A DNA stretch of 64,000 bases from Dehalococcoidia bacterium (GCA_034423575.1 DAOUIF010000013.1:2367-66366); one strand, 5' to 3'. Positions 53,205-63,232 are shown, counted from the stretch's first letter. Numbers and translations are program-made. Notes: generated by a model from the letters alone, not told the origin.

Positions 53205-55946
53205 ATGAACACGGACGGCGACAGCATCCGCAGATCCTTCGCGGAGTTCTTCGAAGAGCGCGGGCACCAGTACATGCCCTCGGCCTCTCTGATCCCTGCC
53301 GGAGACCCCACGCTGCTTTTCACATCGGCGGGCATGGTGCCCTTCAAGCCATTCTTCATGGGGGAGCAGACCCCGCCCCGTCGCCGTCTCACCAGTTGCC
53401 AGAAGTCCTTCCGCACCACCGACATTGACGAGGTGGGCGATCACAAACACCTCACCTTCTTCGAGATGCTGGGCAATTTCAGCATCGGCGACTACTTCAA
53501 GAAGGACGCCGTCGCCTTCGCTTGGGACCTGTGCACGAGTGTGTTCGGCCTGGAGCCGGAGCGCATGTACGTCACCGTGCACTTGGACGACGACGAGGCC
53601 TACGATCTGTGGCTGAACGACATCGGAGTCCCGCCGGAGCGCATCTACCGGTACGGGAACAGCGATAACTGGTGGGGTCCTGCCGGCCTGGAAGGACCCA
53701 CCGGTCCGTGCTCTGAACTCCATTACGACGGCGGCGCGGAAAAGGGCCGCGGACAACATCGCATCACCGACGAAATGATGACGCCCGACGAGCTCACCGC
53801 CATGCTCCGGATTGAAGCTGCGGGCGGTCCCGCCGCCGACCCGGGTGGCTGCCATCCCAACTGCGATTGCGAGCGGTTCGTGGAGTTATGGAACCTGGTT
53901 TTCATGCAGTTCTACCAGGACCTGGAGGGCGTCCGCACGCCGCTGCCCGCCCCCAGCGTCGACACCGGCATGGGCCTGGAGCGCGCGGCGGCCGTCCTGC
54001 AGGGCAAGCCCAACGTCTACGAGACCGATCTGTTCCGCCCCATCATTGACTCCGTGTGCTCTCTCACCGGCCGCGAATACGGAGTGAATTCCGACACCGA
54101 CTACGCTATCCGCGTGGTAGCCGAGCACGCCCGCGCCGCCTCGTTTCTCATCAGCGACGGGGTGGTCCCGTCCAACAGCGACCGTGGCTACGTCCTCCGC
54201 CGCATCATCCGGCGGGCCATCCGGTACGGCCGCCAACTGGGCCTCGACCGCCCGTTCATGACCGAAGTGACCGACGCCGTGATCGCGCGTTTCGCCAACG
54301 CCTATCCTGCCCTCTCGGAAAACGAAGGCTTCATCCGCCGTGTCGTGGGTTTGGAGGAGACCCAGTTCCTGGAAAATATTCGACAGGGCATGCCGCTGCT
54401 TGAAGACATCCTGGCGTCGTCAAAATCCGACGGTGTCATCGCCGGTGCAGTGGTATTCGAACTCTACGACACCTACGGGTTCCCGCCTGAGTTGGTGGAC
54501 GAAATCGGCCGCCGCGAGTATGGCCTCGCGGTCGATATGGACGGGTTCGACGCCGAGATGGAGGCCAAGCGAGAGCGCGACAGGGCCGGACACCAGGTCA
54601 CCGGCAGCATGGAAATCGTCACTGCCTACGAGAACCTCGGGGCCGGCCGCACATCTTTCGACGGCTATCAACGCACGCAGATAGATACGCGCATCCTAGG
54701 GATTCTGCGCGAAGGAGAGGCGGTGGGGCACGCCACTCGAGGCCAGAAGGTCGAAATCGTCCTCGCCGAGACCTGCTTCTACGCCGAAGGCGGAGGTCAG
54801 GTGGGTGATCAGGGAGCAATCATGGGGCCGAACGGTTGCGTGCGCATCGAAGACACCCAGAGCCCGGTGGCCGGCCTCATCGTGCACCGTGGGGTGGTCG
54901 CCGAAGGGGATATTGCCCTGGGTGAATCCGTGGCCGCGCAGGTAGAAACGGACCGCCGCCTGGACGCGTCCCGCAACCACAGCGGAACCCACCTGCTCCA
55001 CGCCGCGTTGCGGTCCGTGCTGGGGCCCCACGTTCGCCAGGCCGGCTCGCTATGCGCCCCCGGTCGGCTGCGCTTCGACTTCAACCACGTGGGCGCGATG
55101 ACCCAGGATGAGCAACTTGACGTCCAAAGTCTGGCCAACCGCAAGATCCGCGAGAACCTGTCTATCACGGCCCGCGAAACCACCTACACGGACGCGGTGC
55201 GCGACGGCGCGCTCGCCTTCTTCGGCGATCGTTACGGCGACGTGGTCCGCGTTGTCCGCATGGGCGACCACGACAATCATGATGAACCGTTCAGTTTCGA
55301 GGTCTGCGGCGGCACCCACGTTCACGCCACCGGCGAGGTCGGCACGCTGGTCGTGCTGGGAGAATCCAGCATCGGCGGTGGGATGCGACGAATCGAGGCC
55401 ATGACCGGCCGGGCAGCAGAGGAACTGTTCGTCCAACAGTCCGCCACCCTGGAAGCCATTTCGCGGAAGCTGCAGGCTCCCGTGGCCGAACTGGAGGCTC
55501 GACTGGATGCCTACATGGCCGACACCGACGTTTTGCGCCGGCGCCTCGCTGATGCCGAACGGGCCAGCCTGCGCTCAGAAGCGGAGGCCTTGCTCGGGCG
55601 CACCCGCGACGTCGACGGCGTGAATCTGGTGGCCGGGGTAACCTCCGCCCACAACGTTGAAGCCATGCGGGAGATGGGCGACTTCCTCAAGCAGAAACTT
55701 GAGAACGTCGTCATCGCCCTGGGCGCGGTGATAGACGGCTCTCCCATGATCGTGACCATGGTCACGCCGGATTTGGTGAGCCGAGGTCTCCACGCCGGAA
55801 ATATCGCCCGCGATGCCGCCAAGTTGATGGGTGGCGGTGGCGGCGGTCGGCCCGAGACCGCCCAAGCCGGGGGTCGGCAACCGGAACGCCTGGGCGCCGC
55901 CCTGGACAGCGTGACCAACCTCGTCCGGGTAGGACTGGACAATTAG
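53205..55946 (+). CDS. alaS: alanine--tRNA ligase
   Basis: 913 aa. FFEERGHQYMPSASLIPAGDPTLLFTSAGMVPFKPFF, FEMLGNFSIGDYFK, the editing-domain HSGTHLLHAAL and the C-terminal DHHA1-like GGGGGRP. Confidence 0.95.
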   Translation: MNTDGDSIRRSFAEFFEERGHQYMPSASLIPAGDPTLLFTSAGMVPFKPFFMGEQTPPRRRLTSCQKSFRTTDIDEVGDHKHLTFFEMLGNFSIGDYFKKDAVAFAWDLCTSVFGLEPERMYVTVHLDDDEAYDLWLNDIGVPPERIYRYGNSDNWWGPAGLEGPTGPCSELHYDGGAEKGRGQHRITDEMMTPDELTAMLRIEAAGGPAADPGGCHPNCDCERFVELWNLVFMQFYQDLEGVRTPLPAPSVDTGMGLERAAAVLQGKPNVYETDLFRPIIDSVCSLTGREYGVNSDTDYAIRVVAEHARAASFLISDGVVPSNSDRGYVLRRIIRRAIRYGRQLGLDRPFMTEVTDAVIARFANAYPALSENEGFIRRVVGLEETQFLENIRQGMPLLEDILASSKSDGVIAGAVVFELYDTYGFPPELVDEIGRREYGLAVDMDGFDAEMEAKRERDRAGHQVTGSMEIVTAYENLGAGRTSFDGYQRTQIDTRILGILREGEAVGHATRGQKVEIVLAETCFYAEGGGQVGDQGAIMGPNGCVRIEDTQSPVAGLIVHRGVVAEGDIALGESVAAQVETDRRLDASRNHSGTHLLHAALRSVLGPHVRQAGSLCAPGRLRFDFNHVGAMTQDEQLDVQSLANRKIRENLSITARETTYTDAVRDGALAFFGDRYGDVVRVVRMGDHDNHDEPFSFEVCGGTHVHATGEVGTLVVLGESSIGGGMRRIEAMTGRAAEELFVQQSATLEAISRKLQAPVAELEARLDAYMADTDVLRRRLADAERASLRSEAEALLGRTRDVDGVNLVAGVTSAHNVEAMREMGDFLKQKLENVVIALGAVIDGSPMIVTMVTPDLVSRGLHAGNIARDAAKLMGGGGGGRPETAQAGGRQPERLGAALDSVTNLVRVGLDN

Positions 55947-55973
55947 CCGTATAAACTCGCGGCAGATGGCGAC

Positions 55974-56426
55974 TTGGTGACCCCGTCGCCTATCCCTGAT
56001 CCTCCTGACCTGGCGCGTGCGGGCCGTCTGTTGGGTCTGGATGTCGGCGACCGACGCATCGGGCTGGCGGTGAGCATCCCGCCGGGAGAACTGGTGCTGC
56101 CCGCGGGGTATCTGCAACGTCGCAATCGGCGCGCCGACATCGCCGCGGTCCTGGAGCAAGCCAGCCAGCGCGACGCGGTAGCCATCGTCGTGGGAATGCC
56201 CTACGATGCTCACGGCCGCTCCGGAGATCAGGCTCGAAAAACCGCTTCGCTGGTTCGCGCGCTGCAGCGGGCCACTGACATCCCCGTGCTGACCATCGAC
56301 GAATCTTTCAGCACCAACACGGCCGTCAACGACTTGGCACAATCGGGGCAACGCCCAAGGCGCGACCCCGGCTCCATCGACGCTGCAGCCGCCGTAAGCA
56401 TCCTTCGTCGTTTCCTAGCCTCCTAG
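55974..56426 (+). CDS. ruvX: Holliday-junction resolvase-like nuclease RuvX (YqgF)
   Basis: LLGLDVGDRRIGLAVS..., IVVGMPY...G, and the conserved position after alaS. The start is TTG at 55974 or GTG at 55977. Confidence 0.85.
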   Translation: MVTPSPIPDPPDLARAGRLLGLDVGDRRIGLAVSIPPGELVLPAGYLQRRNRRADIAAVLEQASQRDAVAIVVGMPYDAHGRSGDQARKTASLVRALQRATDIPVLTIDESFSTNTAVNDLAQSGQRPRRDPGSIDAAAAVSILRRFLAS

Positions 56427-56473
56427 TCCCAGTCTCTTTCCGGAAGTTCTCCGGATTGCCGCTGCTGATGCTC

Positions 56474-56503
56474 TTGACGTTGGACGAACGGCCGTTCTAT
56501 AAT
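56474..56503 (+). promoter_or_regulatory. near-consensus sigma-70-type promoter (TTGACG-18-TATAAT)
   Basis: It lies inside the track ORF 56456..56881 and 36 nt upstream of the internal ATG at 56540, which has a GAGGTGG RBS. This argues for the shorter CDS. Confidence 0.5.
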
Positions 56504-56539
56504 GCTGAGGTATTTAGAACGTCTGTTCCGAGGTGGCTT

Positions 56540-56881
56540 ATGTTCGCCGTGAACGCCGTGGCGCCCAAGCAACGTCAAATCGCCGAACCGAGATTCGACC
56601 ACTACGAGGATACCGGGTGTGAGGTAGCCTCCACCTGCTTCGGCTGCCCTTTACCACGCTGCAAGTTCGACGACATGGAATGGTTTTACAAATACCGTCG
56701 TCTGGGGAGGTACCTGTACATGGCCTCTGTGATCCAAAGCGAAGGCCTGTCCATACCGGAGGCGGCGGAGCGGTTCTCAGTCACCCAGCGGACGGTGTTC
56801 CGGGTCTTGCGCCGTTGCCGCGATGCCATGCGGGAACTGACCCCGGCGGAAGCCGCCGTGTTCGCCAGCCTGGCAGCATAA
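56540..56881 (+). CDS. small Cys4 + helix-turn-helix protein (putative transcription regulator)
   Basis: 113 aa. CEVASTCFGCPLPRC (C-x5-C-x2-C-x4-C) followed by LSIPEAAERFSVTQRTVFRVLRRCR, an HTH resembling sigma region 4 or resolvase type. Confidence 0.55.
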   Translation: MFAVNAVAPKQRQIAEPRFDHYEDTGCEVASTCFGCPLPRCKFDDMEWFYKYRRLGRYLYMASVIQSEGLSIPEAAERFSVTQRTVFRVLRRCRDAMRELTPAEAAVFASLAA

Positions 56882-56906
56882 GGTAGACAACGGAGCAAGT
56901 TCACCG

Positions 56907-57305
56907 ATGGTCGAAGACGCCTCCAACCGTTCCCTGTGGCGATTCTTCGACGGCGCGGCGTCAGTCAGCGCCAGCATGTTGCTATCGGTCGCCTTCGACG
57001 TCTGCGTCTTCTGCAGCGGCTTTCCACTGGTAGGCTACCTCGAGGCGCTGACCAAACGGGATGACGGGATTATAATAACGGCAACGCTGTTGCTATTCCC
57101 TACCACCGCCGCACTCTATGGAGTTTTCAAGATGTTCTTCGCCGCCAGGGAAGCCGTAGAACGCAAGGCCCGCGAACGGGGTCGCCGGGAAGGCATCCGC
57201 GAAGGGCGCCGTGACGAACGTAAGCGGATTACCCAAGTGCTGCAAGAGCAGGGCGTGGAACTCTCTCCGGAACTCGCCAAGATACTGTCTGGCGACGACG
57301 AGTAG
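56907..57305 (+). CDS. hypothetical membrane protein (2 predicted TM segments, basic/acidic C-terminal tail)
   Basis: 132 aa. Hydrophobic stretches SASMLLSVAFDVCVFCSGFPLVGY and IIITATLLLFPTTAALYGVF, then a RERGRREGIREGRRDERKR tail. Confidence 0.5.
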   Translation: MVEDASNRSLWRFFDGAASVSASMLLSVAFDVCVFCSGFPLVGYLEALTKRDDGIIITATLLLFPTTAALYGVFKMFFAAREAVERKARERGRREGIREGRRDERKRITQVLQEQGVELSPELAKILSGDDE

Positions 57306-57311
57306 CCGGAT

Positions 57312-58493
57312 CTAACCCCTCGGCAACCCCAAGCCACGCCCAGCGACAATGCCACGCTGCACTTCGGAGGTGCCGCCGGCAATCTTGTGGGAGAAACTGA
57401 TCATCCAGTTTTCCGGCAGGCGCCCATTCAGGGGCGCTCGCTTTTCGCCACGCCCCAACGCCCCTTCGAGACCCGCCACCTCCAGCACGCTGTTGGCCGA
57501 CCGGTGCAAAGTCTCGCTCCCGAAAGCCTTGCTCATGGACGCTTCTTTATTCGGGACCAGTCCTTCCCCTTGCATCCAGGCCACGTTGTAGGCCATCAGG
57601 CGCGCCACCTCGCATTCCACGTAGCGATCGGCCAGCAGGTTTCTCACCCAGGGCTGTTGCGTGACTTTGACCCCGTTCCGCAAGGTCTGCCCGGCGTACT
57701 CCCTCGTGTCATCCAGCAGTCGCCTCGCGATGGCCGAATAATCGATCCCCGACCGTTCGAAGTCCAGCAGGGTTACCGCCACATACCAACCGCGATTTTC
57801 CTCGCCGACCAGGTTGCTGCTGGGCACACGCACGTTGTCGAAAATCACTTGGTTGAACTCGTGCCCGCCAGTCATGTTGACCACTGGCCGCACCTCTACT
57901 CCCGGCGTTTTCATGTCGACCAGGATGAAACTGATTCCCCGGTGCCTGGGCGCTTCCGGATCGGTCCGGGCCAGGCACATGATCCAGTCGGAATGGTGCG
58001 CCAGCGTCGTCCAGATCTTGGATCCATTGATCACGTATTCGTCGCCGTCCCGCACTGCCCTGGTGCTCAGCGAGGCCAAATCGGAGCCTGATTCGGGTTC
58101 GCTGTAACCCTGGCACCACTGAATTTCACCCCGCGCGATGGGAGGCAGGTGAGCCTGTTTCTGCTCTTCGCTGCCGTGGATCATCAACGTGGGGCCCAGC
58201 ATACGCACGCCGAATATATCCCGCCCCGGCGCCCGGAGGTAGGCCAACTCTTCGTTGTAAATTGCCGACCGCACCGGTGAGGCATCCTGTCCGCCGTACT
58301 CCTCCGGCCAGTGCATCGTCAACCACCCACGCTCCGCCAGCCGGCCCCTGAGGTGCATGGTGAAGTCCCAATCGTACTCCTCGGGCCAACGCCCGCCGCC
58401 TTCCCAGTCGGCTGGCAGCTCCGACTGGATGAACTGGCGCAGTTCGCCTCGGAAATGATCCTCTTCCGGAGTGAAGCAGTACTCCAAACCCAT
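57312..58493 (-). CDS. acyl-CoA dehydrogenase family protein
   Basis: 393 aa. WCQGYSEPESGSDLASL, ...INGSKIWTT... and a C-terminal IAGGTSEVQRGIVA. Confidence 0.9.
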   Translation of the reverse strand: MGLEYCFTPEEDHFRGELRQFIQSELPADWEGGGRWPEEYDWDFTMHLRGRLAERGWLTMHWPEEYGGQDASPVRSAIYNEELAYLRAPGRDIFGVRMLGPTLMIHGSEEQKQAHLPPIARGEIQWCQGYSEPESGSDLASLSTRAVRDGDEYVINGSKIWTTLAHHSDWIMCLARTDPEAPRHRGISFILVDMKTPGVEVRPVVNMTGGHEFNQVIFDNVRVPSSNLVGEENRGWYVAVTLLDFERSGIDYSAIARRLLDDTREYAGQTLRNGVKVTQQPWVRNLLADRYVECEVARLMAYNVAWMQGEGLVPNKEASMSKAFGSETLHRSANSVLEVAGLEGALGRGEKRAPLNGRLPENWMISFSHKIAGGTSEVQRGIVAGRGLGLPRG

Positions 58494-58541
58494 GCCTCCC
58501 GCGAGATCAGGTAACCGGCTTGATCAACACTTGAGATGTCA

Positions 58542-58778
58542 TCAAGCGTCCACGGCTACGCACGTCACGGTTCGCACGACGCCCACCACCGTGTGGATCT
58601 TCTCCGTAACCAGTCCGCCTACCACCGACATGTCCTCGCCGGAAATCACCGCGATGATGTCGTAGGGGCCGGTAACCACATCCACTGACTCGATGCCGTC
58701 CAGGTCTCGCAAGGTGTTGGCTACGTCCCTGGTGCGCCCAACGGCGGTTTCAACCAGCAAAAAGGCTTTCGTTGCCAT
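58542..58778 (-). CDS. Lrp/AsnC ligand-binding (RAM) domain-only protein
   Basis: 78 aa. AFLLVETAVGRTRDVANTLRDLDGIESVDVVTGPYDIIAVI. Confidence 0.7.
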   Translation of the reverse strand: MATKAFLLVETAVGRTRDVANTLRDLDGIESVDVVTGPYDIIAVISGEDMSVVGGLVTEKIHTVVGVVRTVTCVAVDA

Positions 58779-58897
58779 GGTTTGCCATCTCCTGATTCAA
58801 GGGTGAAGTTGGGCAGAATCGGCAGGATGGAACCCTGCTCCACGCGCCGGGCAATTCTACGGTGGCCCCATGGGGGTGTCAATCGAACCCGGCTGCG

Positions 58898-59779
58898 CTA
58901 CAACTCGGACGCCAACCGGCGAACCAAGTCTGCTGCCGCTTCCCGGGTGTCCTCGCGCTTCAGCGCATACTCCAGCGACGCCCTCATCAGCCCCAATGGG
59001 TTGCCGCCATCGTACCGCATCCCGTCAAACTCGCAGGCGTAAACCGCCATATCTTCCATCAGCAACGCCAGGCCATCGGTCAACTGGATCTCGCCCCGGG
59101 CGCCGGGCGGCGTTCGCTCCAGGCAATCAAAAACCTGTGCCGGCAGCAGGTATCGGCCCACAATGGACAGGTTCGACGGCGCCGTCCCGGGCGGCGGCTT
59201 TTCCACCAACCCGTTGACCCGATGCCGGCCTTCGCCCGAAGGTTCTGAATCCACCACGCCGTAATTGTGCACCAACTCCCACGGCACGCGCTCCACTGCA
59301 ACCGCCGCCGCATCCTCTTCGCCGGCCACTGCCGCCATCATCTGGGACAGCACTCCCGGCGTGTGGTCGACGATGTCGTCGGGCAAAATCACGGCGAAGG
59401 ACTCATCTCCCACAGCTTCGCGCGCCGTAAGCACCGCGTGCCCCAATCCCAACGGTTCTTGCTGGATCACGAACGATACATCGGCCAGGTCCGCTCCGGC
59501 CCGCACCTTCTCCAGAAGCTGCGCGTCACCGGCCAATCGCGCTTCCAGATCCGGTCGAGGCCGGAAGTACTCGGCGACGCTCTCTTTACCGGGGGAAGTG
59601 ACGACAATCACATCGGTTACACCCGCTTCCGCCGCCTCCTCGATCACGTACTGCAACATCGGCCGGTCGAGTATCGGCAGCAACTCCTTGGGCACAGACC
59701 GGGTTACCGGGAGAAACCTGGTCCCGAGCCCAGCGGCCGGTATGACTGCTTTACGAATCGCGGCACACATCGCGTTCAA
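58898..59779 (-). CDS. galU: UTP--glucose-1-phosphate uridylyltransferase
   Basis: KAVIPAAGLGTRFLPVTRSVPKELLPI and VEKP motifs; 293 aa. Confidence 0.9.
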   Translation of the reverse strand: MNAMCAAIRKAVIPAAGLGTRFLPVTRSVPKELLPILDRPMLQYVIEEAAEAGVTDVIVVTSPGKESVAEYFRPRPDLEARLAGDAQLLEKVRAGADLADVSFVIQQEPLGLGHAVLTAREAVGDESFAVILPDDIVDHTPGVLSQMMAAVAGEEDAAAVAVERVPWELVHNYGVVDSEPSGEGRHRVNGLVEKPPPGTAPSNLSIVGRYLLPAQVFDCLERTPPGARGEIQLTDGLALLMEDMAVYACEFDGMRYDGGNPLGLMRASLEYALKREDTREAAADLVRRLASEL

Positions 59780-59856
59780 TCATAGCACGGCACTCCGGTT
59801 TGTCCGGAGGATACGGAGCGGCTACCCAAGCTCCAGCCGCCAGGCGGAGGCGCCAG

Positions 59857-60039
59857 CTACTCAGGATTAGACAAACGCTCGGTTTTGTCGATCTGTTGTG
59901 TGGCGACCCGCCGGGTGCTGGCCAGATAAGCAATCACAATCATTGCCGGCATGGCCAAGATGATTATTCCGATGATGATGACCACGGTGAGTTCGGTGAA
60001 GCCCAGCTTGCCCAGCAGGATATGGCTCAAGGCAGCCAT
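59857..60039 (-). CDS. small single-pass membrane protein, hypothetical
   Basis: 60 aa from the ATG at 60039 (track GTG at 60123). TM segment ELTVVIIIGIIILAMPAMIVIAYL. Coding-like third-position bias; no clear RBS. Confidence 0.4.
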   Translation of the reverse strand: MAALSHILLGKLGFTELTVVIIIGIIILAMPAMIVIAYLASTRRVATQQIDKTERLSNPE

Positions 60040-60160
60040 GATCCATTGCAGGAGCGTCGGGTCCGCCTCCCCGTGATGGCGTCCTAGCGACGCCAGTATG
60101 GCAACGAACGTAGTTCCGCCCACGGCGGTCTCCGCAGGTCAAGCCTATCGCGGTATGGTT

Positions 60161-61633
60161 CTAATACCTTCCGCCCGCGCCCGCCGTGGCCAACTGCGGG
60201 CTGGCCTCTGCCGGGCGCGAGTTGTACCGGCTGGAGTAGTGGTACTCCTTGATGCTGTAGGCCATTATCGCAGCCGGAATCAGCGTCAGGCCCGCAATGA
60301 GGAACGGCCAGAAATAGCTGTTGCCGAACCATTCGTAGGCGTAGCCGGCGAACTGGATGCTGAAAAACGACCCGATCTGGTGCGAGAAAAACACCCAGCC
60401 GCTGATTGTCCCCAGCGCGCGGAACCCGTAAACATCGGCCGTCAGCGTCGACGTCAGGGGCACACTGGCCACCCACGACATGCCAGACAGCATGGCGAAC
60501 GCCACCAGTCCCAACATTCCATAGCCCATCATTGGCAGGAACACCAGACACATAAAGGCCACCCCGCGCGTTGCATACACCAGCGCGAGAACGTTCTTGC
60601 GACGCATTCGGTCGCCCATGAACCCGGTGATGATCACCCCCGCGGCGTTGAGTCCGGTCATGATGCCGAACATCAACGCGGCGAATACCTTCTTGTCGTC
60701 AAAGGTCATCCACAGGAAGTTGACCGTTTCCGGCAGGATGTCCTCCGCGTACGGTATGAAATGTATGCTCAGCAATCCCGTAGTGATGCCGCAAACCACG
60801 TAGGCTCCGGACAACTGCCACATGGGCGGCGTCTTGAAACACTGCCGCCAACTGTTGACTTCGTACAGTCCCGACTGACGCTGCTGCGGTGCGCTCCCGG
60901 CGGGAGCGTCTTCAGGGTTGGGGTCGCCGTCGGGGTTGAGGCCCATTTCCTGCGGGTTCGGCCGCAGGAAGAACACCGCCAGCGGCGCGGAGAGGAACAC
61001 CACCATCGCGCCCAACAGGAACCACACCGTGCGCCACCCGACCAGTTCCACCCCGGCGATATTCAGGCTGGCGTTGTCGATGACGCCCATCAGGTATGCC
61101 GCAAAGGGGATCATCAGCAGGCCGCCGATGGAGGTGCCTGCCGCCGCCAGTCCCGTGGCTTTGCTGCGCTTGCGACGGAACCACCGCACCACCAGGGCCA
61201 GCATGTTGGTTATAGACGCCGCGCTCAGACAGGTGTTGATCACGATGGAGAACACCACGATGAACCACAGCAGGTCCAGCGGGATGCTGATCACGCCCAG
61301 GTTGAGGGAATGGTTCAGGTCCTGCATGAAGGCCAGGCTCATGATCGCCAGGCCCATTACGGACAAACCGATGCCGAAGACCCGGCGCGGCCCGTACTTG
61401 TCAAACAACGCGCCCATTATGGGCTGCATGGCCCCGTTGATGAGGAAGCCGACGGAGCCCACCCAGGAAATATCAGAGCGGTCCCACCCGAAAGTGGGTT
61501 CCATCTCGGTGACGAACAGGCCGAACCCCTGCCGGCCCGGCATTGACAAGAAGGAAACGAAGAAACAGGTGGCGACGATGTACCATCCGAAGTACATCGG
61601 CGCGGTAACCGGCGCTGCGGATTTGGTAGTCAT
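60161..61633 (-). CDS. MFS transporter (oxalate/formate antiporter-like subgroup)
   Basis: 490 aa, 12 TM-like segments. YFGWYIVATCFFVSFL... start, paralogous to the next gene. Confidence 0.8.
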   Translation of the reverse strand: MTTKSAAPVTAPMYFGWYIVATCFFVSFLSMPGRQGFGLFVTEMEPTFGWDRSDISWVGSVGFLINGAMQPIMGALFDKYGPRRVFGIGLSVMGLAIMSLAFMQDLNHSLNLGVISIPLDLLWFIVVFSIVINTCLSAASITNMLALVVRWFRRKRSKATGLAAAGTSIGGLLMIPFAAYLMGVIDNASLNIAGVELVGWRTVWFLLGAMVVFLSAPLAVFFLRPNPQEMGLNPDGDPNPEDAPAGSAPQQRQSGLYEVNSWRQCFKTPPMWQLSGAYVVCGITTGLLSIHFIPYAEDILPETVNFLWMTFDDKKVFAALMFGIMTGLNAAGVIITGFMGDRMRRKNVLALVYATRGVAFMCLVFLPMMGYGMLGLVAFAMLSGMSWVASVPLTSTLTADVYGFRALGTISGWVFFSHQIGSFFSIQFAGYAYEWFGNSYFWPFLIAGLTLIPAAIMAYSIKEYHYSSRYNSRPAEASPQLATAGAGGRY

Positions 61634-61801
61634 ACGCCCCCTGGGGTCGCGGGTTCCGTGAGGCGATGACCGGACACCGCCAGATACCGTGCCATCATAG
61701 CAGTCAGGCCAAAAGCAGGCTAGTATGCCTCACAACGCGGCGACGTCAATCACCGATGTCCGGCGTTCGCGACGCCAAATCGCTTGCAACTCGCGGTACG
61801 A

Positions 61802-63133
61802 TCAGTTGGCTGCCGCCCCGGCCGGCGCCGGCGCGGTCAGGTAGCGCACCGAATATTTGCGTTCTCGAATGGTGAAGGCGGAGAGCGCGGCCGGGTACAA
61901 CATCACGGCGGCAATCGAAAACGCGACGATGTAATCGCCCGTGATTTCCCGCAAATAGCCCGCCAACAGTACGCTGGTGAACCCGCCAAGCTGGTGGAAC
62001 AGGAACGCCACGCCAGAGATGGTCGCCATGGATTTCAGGCCGTAAACCTCTGCGGTGAGCGACGAGGTCAGGGGAGCGGTGGCAATCCAGGACAGACCGG
62101 CGACAACTGCGAAGATGAGCAGGCCCGCCATTACCGGGAACCCGGGCGTCACCAACGACGCAACCAGGATCACATATCCCGTTCCCCGGCAGAAATAGAC
62201 GGCCGTCAGCCAGTTCTTGCGCCCGCCGATCCGGTCGGAGATCCAGCCCGCTCCGGTGGCGCCCAGCGCGTTCAAACCCGACATGAGCCCGAAGATCAGC
62301 GCCGCCGTCTGCGGGTTAACCCCTTCCTCGATGGCCATGGGCACGAAGTGCACCGCCAGCATGAAGGTGGTGGAACCGCAAATATAATAGGAAAAGCTCA
62401 TCTGCCAAATAGGCCAGGACTTGAACGCCTGCCGCCAGTTTTCGGCAAACAACGGTTGCGGCGGTGGGGTCGGCGCACCCGCGGATCCGGCGGATGCTTC
62501 TTCGGGTACGGGATCCCCGTCGGGAGTGAGCCCCTTCTTCGCGGGGTCGTCATGGAGAAATATCAGCGCCAGCGGTATGCCCAGCACGAGGATCATCCCG
62601 CCCAGGACTATCCATGACAGCCGCCAGTCGATCAGGCTGATCAGAAATGCCGCGAAGGGCACCAGGACCAGACTGCCCAAAGACATGCCCGACGCGTTCA
62701 GACCAATCACCAGACCCCGGCGGCGCCGGAACCACTTGCTCAACATCGCGGCGGTGTTGGTCATCGACGACCCGCTCTGGCCAATGGCAGCGACTACTCC
62801 GAACATCGCGATCATGTACCAGATGCTGCTCGTCGCCGCCATCAGCAACGTGGACACCCCGACGATCAGGATGCCGGCCACCACCACGATGCGGACTCCG
62901 AGGCGGTCGAACAGGTAGCCCATGAACGGCTGCGTGACGCCGTTCAGCAGCGCTCCCAGCGCGGCTGCCCACGAAACCACGGTCCGGTTCCACTCGAACT
63001 CCGCCTCCATGGGCACGACGAAGGCGCCAAACGAGTTCCGCGCTCCCATGGTCACGAACGCAATAAACATGCAGGTGGCCACGACGAACCACCCGTAAAA
63101 CAGCCCCGGGCGCGCCGGGTTATTCACCGCCAT
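61802..63133 (-). CDS. MFS transporter (OFA-like), tandem paralogue
   Basis: 443 aa. FYGWFVVATCMFIAFV..., collinear with the gene at 60161-61633, including the central proline/acidic loop (NPDGDPNPEDAPAGSA versus TPDGDPVPEEASAGSA). Confidence 0.8.
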   Translation of the reverse strand: MAVNNPARPGLFYGWFVVATCMFIAFVTMGARNSFGAFVVPMEAEFEWNRTVVSWAAALGALLNGVTQPFMGYLFDRLGVRIVVVAGILIVGVSTLLMAATSSIWYMIAMFGVVAAIGQSGSSMTNTAAMLSKWFRRRRGLVIGLNASGMSLGSLVLVPFAAFLISLIDWRLSWIVLGGMILVLGIPLALIFLHDDPAKKGLTPDGDPVPEEASAGSAGAPTPPPQPLFAENWRQAFKSWPIWQMSFSYYICGSTTFMLAVHFVPMAIEEGVNPQTAALIFGLMSGLNALGATGAGWISDRIGGRKNWLTAVYFCRGTGYVILVASLVTPGFPVMAGLLIFAVVAGLSWIATAPLTSSLTAEVYGLKSMATISGVAFLFHQLGGFTSVLLAGYLREITGDYIVAFSIAAVMLYPAALSAFTIRERKYSVRYLTAPAPAGAAAN

Positions 63134-63232
63134 ATCGCCCCCAATCCCGCCTGGCTACATTGCCCACTGATTGAGGCGGATTTTATGCCTGTGGCGGTGG
63201 AGGCGCAAGGCAGGTTTTGACCGCCGCGGCGG

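Noticed and set aside
53700-53900. Roughly 28-aa longer segment in AlaRS between the ..CSELHYDGG.. and ..RFVELWNLVFMQF.. blocks, compared with the E. coli sequence as I remember it
   Set aside because: This region is length-variable among bacterial AlaRS and contains the common Cys-rich CHPNCDCERF-type insert. This is likely ordinary lineage variation, and my comparison relies on memory only.
56540-56881. WhiB-like identity for the Cys4 + HTH protein
   Set aside because: The spacing C-x5-C-x2-C-x4-C differs from the WhiB C-xn-C-x2-C-x5-C pattern. The C-terminal HTH is a conventional helix-turn-helix rather than the WhiB basic tail. The family remains unassigned.
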